From the NCBI GenBank assembly GCA_050733375.1, contig JBOHST010000374.1, positions 1 to 37,213 on the forward strand: 37,213 nucleotides of DNA, read 5' to 3'. Shown here in pieces: positions 32,670 through 37,213 of the stretch. Source of the DNA: Gemmatimonadales bacterium (GTDB taxonomy: Bacteria; Gemmatimonadota; Gemmatimonadetes; Gemmatimonadales; GWC2-71-9). The notes beneath the pieces are model-generated. The model made no database searches and was not told the DNA's origin. It was given only the letters and a program-made list of their open reading frames with translations. Each line of letters opens with the position of its first letter. Positions within the stretch are counted from its first letter, which is position 1. Position numbers and translations under genes: made by a program.

Positions 32670-34433
32670 CGTAACCTGTTTCTACACATCACGTTCGTCG
32701 TCGGTCTCGCGGCCCGCCTGTCGGCGCAGGCAGACGATTCGCTCAGTGCGGCGCGCCGCATTGTCGCGGCCGCCACGCTCGCGGCCAAGGAATACGCGGT
32801 GGGCGTGGCACCCGGTGGCGCACAGGTGGTGGCCGCCGAGGAAGTGGCCGAAGCAAAGTTGTTCCTCGACCAGGCTCGGTTCGACGCGCCCTTCCTGCCG
32901 CCGGCGGTGCGCAGCTACGGCGACAGTACGCTCACCGAGCTCCGCACCATGCTCGACCGGGTCGCGCCGCCCGGCGAGGTCGACCGACTCGTGGCGACCC
33001 TGACCGCACGCATCGCCGCCGCGGTCGACGGGGCGCTCATCCCGATGCCGTCCAACCCGCCGTCGCTCGCGCGCGGCACGGCCGTGTACCACGATCAATG
33101 CGCATTCTGCCACGGCGAAACTGGCCGGGGCGACGGACCGAAAGCGAAGCGCCTCACCGGGCCGCCGCCGTCAAGCCTCGCCTCCTCCGGGGAGGGGCCA
33201 CTCTCCTTCGACGATGTGTACCGCAAGATCACGATCGGCGTCGCGGGAACGGCCATGCCCGAATTCGAGCAGACGCTGACGGAAGCCGACCGCCTCGCTG
33301 TCGCAGCCTACGTCCTGACCCTGCCGTACGGCGGCTCACCGGATGCGACGGTTTTCGCCGTCGTCCGACGCCAGCTCGATTCGGCGGTCGCCCTCCGCTC
33401 CGAGAAGCTCGCGTTCGACGCGTATATGACCTTCGAGGGGGTCGAGGCGACCGTGCGGGCGAAAAACGCGGGACTCGCGTCGCGGCTCGAGGACGAGTTC
33501 GCGCAGCTGCGCCAGCGTGCCGCAGGTAGGGCGACCACGGCGGAGCTGCGGGCGATCCACCACGCGCTGCTGGGCGACCTCGAGCACGCCGAGCGGGTGG
33601 CCACCGACAAGAGCTCTGAGACCCATCTCTGGATGCAGTCGTTCCTGCTGCTGGTGCGCGAGGGGTTCGAAGCGATTCTCATCATTGCCGCGCTGATGAC
33701 CTTCCTCACCAGGTCCGGCGCATCAGCGCGACGCCGCGAGGTCGCCCTGGGTGCCTGGGCGGCCGTCGGCGCCAGCGTCGTCACCGCCGTGGTGTTCGAG
33801 CTGCTGATCGAGGCCGGGCCCAGCCAGCGTGAGGCGTTCGAGGGGATCACAATGCTCGTGGCGGTGGTGGTGCTGTTCTATGTGAGTTACTGGCTGTTCT
33901 CCAAAATAGAAGCGGACAAGTGGAGCGCATTCCTGCGATCCAAGATGCAGTCGGCGCTCTCCTCGGGATCGGCGTTGGCACTCGCCTCGGTGGCATTCCT
34001 CGCGGTGTACCGGGAGGGGGTTGAGACGATCCTGTTTTACAAGGCGCTGCTCGTCTCCGCCGGACCGGGCGGTGCCGGTGGCGGCGCCGTGGCGGCGGGC
34101 GTGGCGCTGGGCGCGGTCGCCCTGGTGTTCCTCTACGTCGCGATCATGCGACTCGGCCTCCGCATGCCGATGAAGGCGTTCTTCGCGGTGACCGGCGCGC
34201 TGCTCTACTACATGGCGTTCGTATTTGCGGGGAAGGGAATCGCCGAGCTGCAGGAGGCGCAGATCGTGGGGACGACGGTGATTCCTGGGCTGCTCTGGCT
34301 GCGGGTCCCGTTTCTCGGGATCTATCCCACACTGGAATCAGTGGGGCTGCAGGGAGTGCTGCTCCTGCTGTTGGTGGTCGCTCTAGTGACGAAACTCAAG
34401 CCGGCAGCCGTCAGCGATCAGCCGTCAGGCTGA
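32655..34433 (+). CDS. cytochrome c domain fused to an FTR1-family high-affinity iron permease
   Basis: Signal peptide, then a ~120-aa helical segment. CAFCHG haem-binding motif with downstream GTAMPEF. The membrane domain has two REGxE motifs (REGFEA, REGVET), characteristic of FTR1/EfeU. Confidence 0.9.
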   Translation: MILISRNLFLHITFVVGLAARLSAQADDSLSAARRIVAAATLAAKEYAVGVAPGGAQVVAAEEVAEAKLFLDQARFDAPFLPPAVRSYGDSTLTELRTMLDRVAPPGEVDRLVATLTARIAAAVDGALIPMPSNPPSLARGTAVYHDQCAFCHGETGRGDGPKAKRLTGPPPSSLASSGEGPLSFDDVYRKITIGVAGTAMPEFEQTLTEADRLAVAAYVLTLPYGGSPDATVFAVVRRQLDSAVALRSEKLAFDAYMTFEGVEATVRAKNAGLASRLEDEFAQLRQRAAGRATTAELRAIHHALLGDLEHAERVATDKSSETHLWMQSFLLLVREGFEAILIIAALMTFLTRSGASARRREVALGAWAAVGASVVTAVVFELLIEAGPSQREAFEGITMLVAVVVLFYVSYWLFSKIEADKWSAFLRSKMQSALSSGSALALASVAFLAVYREGVETILFYKALLVSAGPGGAGGGAVAAGVALGAVALVFLYVAIMRLGLRMPMKAFFAVTGALLYYMAFVFAGKGIAELQEAQIVGTTVIPGLLWLRVPFLGIYPTLESVGLQGVLLLLLVVALVTKLKPAAVSDQPSG

Positions 34434-34479
34434 TACTGAGCTCTTGCGCGCCAGGACTGACGGCTGACCACTGACGGCT
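34406..34479. repeat. 23-bp-stem hairpin built from tandem heptamers, spanning the tail-to-tail overlap of two genes
   Basis: AGCCGTCAGCGATCAGCCGTCAG (34406-34428) pairs with CTGACGGCTGACCACTGACGGCT (34457-34479), complementary at 21 of 23 positions, with a 28-nt loop. The arms are tandem CAGCCGT/CTGACGG heptamers, and the right arm extends to 34485. Confidence 0.7.
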
Positions 34480-35261
34480 GACGGCCCTCTCAGCTTCCCA
34501 ACCAAGAACACCCCGATCACGACCAGGCCCACGCTCGCCAGCTGCGCGATGGTGAAGCCGCCCAGCAGCCGGTCATCCTTGGCGCGCAAGAACTCGATCG
34601 CGAGCCGCTCCAACCCCGCCACGATCAGATAGCACCCGAACAGCCATCCCGCCTTGTGGGAGTGCGCGCGCTGCTTCCACAGCCACGCCGTCGCGAGCAG
34701 CATCAGCGCCGTCTCGTACACCTGGGTGGGATGCACGGCCACGACCTCGGACGGACTGGTCCCCGGCGCAAAGGCGACATGGAACTGGGTGAGATTGGCG
34801 ACGGTCGTGGGTGGAAGGCCGTAGGGGAATTTCACTCCCCACGGGACGGTCGTCGGCACGCCGTAGTCGTCGCCGACCAGGAAGCACCCCACGCGTCCGA
34901 TCGCGTAGCCGAGCGCCAGGGCGGGCGCCACCAGCTCCGCGGTGAATGCGATCGGCACGCGGCGCCGCCAGCCGTTCAGCACGACGCCCAACACCCCGCC
35001 GAGGAACCCGCCGTACCACACGAACCCGCCACGGCTGAACAGCGATTCGCCGGTGAGCGCCACGTACCAGAGCTTGGCTCCGATCAGGCCGCCGACCACG
35101 CCGCCGATCACGACATCCGCGGCGAACTCCTCGTCGAGCCCGCGGCGCCGCAGATCGAGCTGCATGGCCCAGCCGGCGAAGATGAACGCCAGCATCATCA
35201 TGATGCCGAACCCGGTGACCGACAGCGGGCCGACATGGAAAACCAGCGGGTAGACGGTCAT
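34425..35261 (-). CDS. lgt: prolipoprotein diacylglyceryl transferase
   Basis: 278-aa polytopic membrane protein with GRVGCFLVGDDYG and HPTQVYE motifs typical of Lgt. ATGA overlap with the tsaD stop. The last ~20 codons run through the hairpin. Confidence 0.9.
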   Translation of the reverse strand: MTVYPLVFHVGPLSVTGFGIMMMLAFIFAGWAMQLDLRRRGLDEEFAADVVIGGVVGGLIGAKLWYVALTGESLFSRGGFVWYGGFLGGVLGVVLNGWRRRVPIAFTAELVAPALALGYAIGRVGCFLVGDDYGVPTTVPWGVKFPYGLPPTTVANLTQFHVAFAPGTSPSEVVAVHPTQVYETALMLLATAWLWKQRAHSHKAGWLFGCYLIVAGLERLAIEFLRAKDDRLLGGFTIAQLASVGLVVIGVFLVGKLRGPSAVSGQPSVLARKSSVSA

Positions 35262-36313
35262 GAAATCCGTGGTGCGTGGTGCGTGGTATTCGACGGCTCG
35301 AGACCTGGTAGCGGTAAGTCGGCCCGAGCGTCGAGGCGCCAGTCACTGCGCTCGCCCTGTTGCAGACGCCACCACCCGGCGCGCGCGATCATGGCCGCGT
35401 TGTCGGCGTTGAGCCGCGGACTCGCGACGGCCACCCGCGCCACGCCGCGGAGGCGCTCGGCGGCGAGCGCCGCGAGGGCGCGACTGCAGGCGACCCCGCC
35501 TCCCAGCACGGCGGTGTGGTAGCCCGTCGCGTCCACGGCGCGCGCGAGCTTCGTCACGAGCACGTCGAGCACCGCGTCCTGGAATGCGCGCGCCAGGTCG
35601 GCGCGGTCGCGCGGCAGATCCGCACTGGCACGGACCGCGTACAATACGGCGGTCTTGAGTCCCGAGAAGGAGAACTCCAGGCCTTCGTCTCTCATCGGAC
35701 GCGGAAACGTGAAGCGCCCGGGCTGGCCGGTCGTCGCGAGCTTCTCGATCGCGGGCCCGCCGGGAAAGCCCAGGCCGAGCAGCGTGGCGACCTTGTCGAA
35801 CGCTTCGCCCGCGGCGTCGTCGCGCGTCGCCCCCAGCAGGCGATAGCGCCCCCAGGCGGGGACGTCGAGCAGCAGCGTGTGCCCGCCCGACACGAGCAGC
35901 GCCACGAACGGCGGAGCGAGCTCCGGGTCCTCGACGGTGGGGGCGAACAGATGGCCCTCGAGGTGGTTCACGCCGATCAGCGCGCGGTCCCGGGCGTAGG
36001 CCAGAGCCTTGGCGTACACCACCCCCACGAGCAGCGCGCCGACGAGGCCCGGACCGGCGGTCACCGCGACCGCGTCGACCGCGCTCCAGGACAGGCCCGC
36101 CTCGGCGCGGGCCCGCTCGACCACCGCGGGCAGCGCCGCGAGGTGCGCGCGGCTCGCCAGCTCGGGCACGACGCCGCCAAACACCTGATGGATGTCCTGG
36201 GAAAGAATCACGAGGCTGGCCAGCTCGGGCGGGCGGCCCCCCGATCCACCGACCAGCACCGCGGCCGAGGTCTCGTCGCAGGACGTCTCGATTCCCAGGA
36301 CGACGTCAGCCAC
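35258..36313 (-). CDS. tsaD: tRNA N6-adenosine threonylcarbamoyltransferase TsaD
   Basis: GTG 36313 gives VADVVLGIETSCDETSAAV. Also GVNHLEGHL, SGGHTLL and GGGVACS motifs. 351 aa. The start overlaps the upstream stop by 8 nt. Confidence 0.9.
   Translation of the reverse strand: MADVVLGIETSCDETSAAVLVGGSGGRPPELASLVILSQDIHQVFGGVVPELASRAHLAALPAVVERARAEAGLSWSAVDAVAVTAGPGLVGALLVGVVYAKALAYARDRALIGVNHLEGHLFAPTVEDPELAPPFVALLVSGGHTLLLDVPAWGRYRLLGATRDDAAGEAFDKVATLLGLGFPGGPAIEKLATTGQPGRFTFPRPMRDEGLEFSFSGLKTAVLYAVRASADLPRDRADLARAFQDAVLDVLVTKLARAVDATGYHTAVLGGGVACSRALAALAAERLRGVARVAVASPRLNADNAAMIARAGWWRLQQGERSDWRLDARADLPLPGLEPSNTTHHAPRIS
35271..35290. repeat. third perfect copy of the 20-nt element GGTGCGTGGTGCGTGGTATT
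   Basis: Identical to 11863-11882. On the minus strand it reads AATACCACGCACCACGCACC, ends 9 nt before the lgt ATG, and encodes the last residues of tsaD (NTTHHAP). Confidence 0.9.
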
Positions 36314-37213
36314 GGCCGCCTCGACGGCGTACCACCAGCACCGAATCGGGGACGACGCGGGCCCGGATACCCCGCGGCGCCAACACCCGGATCTGCACCG
36401 TCGCGGTATCGGTGACCGGGCCGGCCAGGTGCACAATGACCTTGAAGCTGTCCTTGGTCATGGCTTGCACCAGCGCTTCGGAGCCGCGCACCAGGACTGT
36501 GGCGCGCGCCGGCCGCAGCTCATAGCCACTGAGGGGGCCCGCGCCGCTCTCGATCGGCAGCAAGTTGAACACGCGCTCGAACACCGTGGTGGTCGTCCCG
36601 CTGACCCGCACTTCCTTCGGCGAGAGCCGTACGACGCCGAGCGGTGCGGTGTCGAGCGTCACGAGGCGGGTGAACGGGCCATGCACCGCATCGAGCATCG
36701 TCGGCACGGTGGCCACCGACTCGATCGCCGCCAGCAGGAGATCGGGGCCGACCAATCGCGCCACGTTGGGGGCCATCTGCAGGCCGCCGTCCAGGGCTTG
36801 GCCGGAGTCCGGTCGGACGCTCACCCGCGACATGATCGGCACCTCTTTGCTTCCCACCGAATCGAGCTGCACCACCACCTCGTGCGGGGTAATCTGGTCC
36901 ACCTCGACATCGGCGCCCTTGGGGAGCACCACGTCGGCCGGCCGAAGCATCGTCGTCCAGGTCGCGACGCTCAGCGTCTCGGGGACCTGGAGCGTGATCA
37001 CCTGGCGGAACAGGCGCAGTTTGAGCAGCTCGCCGCCTTTGCCGCGCAGTACCACGGTGACGGGCGGCGGGGTGTTCAGCATCGTTCGGCCGGGGGGTGC
37101 GTGCACCTCGAGCCGCATCGTGAACTGCTCCGTGTACTGCTCCTGCGCCGCCACGGCCACGTACAACATCAGGGCGAGGAACAGGGCGGCCAGCTTGAGC
37201 CCCCAGTTGCGGA
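36306..37213 (-). CDS. YbbR-domain protein (CdaR-like); N-terminus lies beyond the window
   Basis: The reading frame continues upstream of the track ORF to the window edge (..RNWGLKLAALFLALMLYVAVAAQEQ membrane anchor, typical of YbbR proteins). Repeated ~80-aa beta-rich modules follow. Confidence 0.8.
   Translation of the reverse strand, partial: RNWGLKLAALFLALMLYVAVAAQEQYTEQFTMRLEVHAPPGRTMLNTPPPVTVVLRGKGGELLKLRLFRQVITLQVPETLSVATWTTMLRPADVVLPKGADVEVDQITPHEVVVQLDSVGSKEVPIMSRVSVRPDSGQALDGGLQMAPNVARLVGPDLLLAAIESVATVPTMLDAVHGPFTRLVTLDTAPLGVVRLSPKEVRVSGTTTTVFERVFNLLPIESGAGPLSGYELRPARATVLVRGSEALVQAMTKDSFKVIVHLAGPVTDTATVQIRVLAPRGIRARVVPDSVLVVRRRGGRG

Noticed and set aside
1-37213. Search for mobile elements, prophage, toxin-antitoxin or known defence genes
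   Set aside because: No translation in any frame showed transposase (DDE), integrase, recombinase, nuclease-helicase or Cas-like motifs. Apart from the small repeats, the window reads as core chromosome.

Overview
High-GC bacterial chromosomal segment (by eye roughly 70% G+C). It is densely coding, with about 34 protein genes arranged in a few long operons whose genes mostly overlap by 1-8 nt (ATGA/GTGA junctions). I saw no rRNA, tRNA, CRISPR array, transposase, integrase or recognisable defence gene. All family calls come from reading motifs in the translations; no database search was possible.

Minus-strand blocks:
- a Tat-signal GH38-like hydrolase (partial);
- LON-N-domain protein, glcD, glcE, glcF, ygfZ and an SDR epimerase;
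- a short sigma-70 (rpoD-like);
- a PduO-type adenosyltransferase and aroB;
- a family-5 ABC substrate-binding protein, one permease and PBP4 (dacB);
- an orphan response regulator;
- a YbbR-domain protein, tsaD and lgt.

Plus-strand blocks:
- a tiny Met-repeat lipoprotein;
- a low-GC Cys-rich lipoprotein;
- a TrxR-like ferredoxin-NADP reductase;
- tamA-like gene, tamB, a YegS-type lipid kinase, an atypical receiver with a Fis HTH, and a 4xCxxC mini-protein;
- a seven-gene coupled operon: DmpA-like peptidase, NlpC/P60, HAD, CYTH, a tail-anchored unknown, a secreted M14 carboxypeptidase and acpS;
- a cytochrome c-FTR1 fusion permease with a Fur-box-like palindrome over its start codon.

Lineage guess is weak: Gemmatimonadota or another relative of the FCB group. 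It rests on the roughly 300-aa primary-like sigma factor, the CTD-like secretion tail and the GC content.

Most unusual observations:
1. A lipoprotein whose mature part is essentially (DSMKMMx)4, encoded by a 4 x 21-bp tandem repeat.
2. A perfect 20-nt element present three times. Two copies form a 113-nt palindromic unit in a divergent promoter region, and one sits at the tsaD/lgt junction.
3. Intergenic hairpins built from tandem 7-8-nt words at every convergent gene junction.
4. The tamAB, lipid kinase and regulator linkage.
5. The CYTH plus tail-anchored unknown pair, embedded in a cell-wall-peptide peptidase operon.

None of these is demonstrably a new system from sequence alone.
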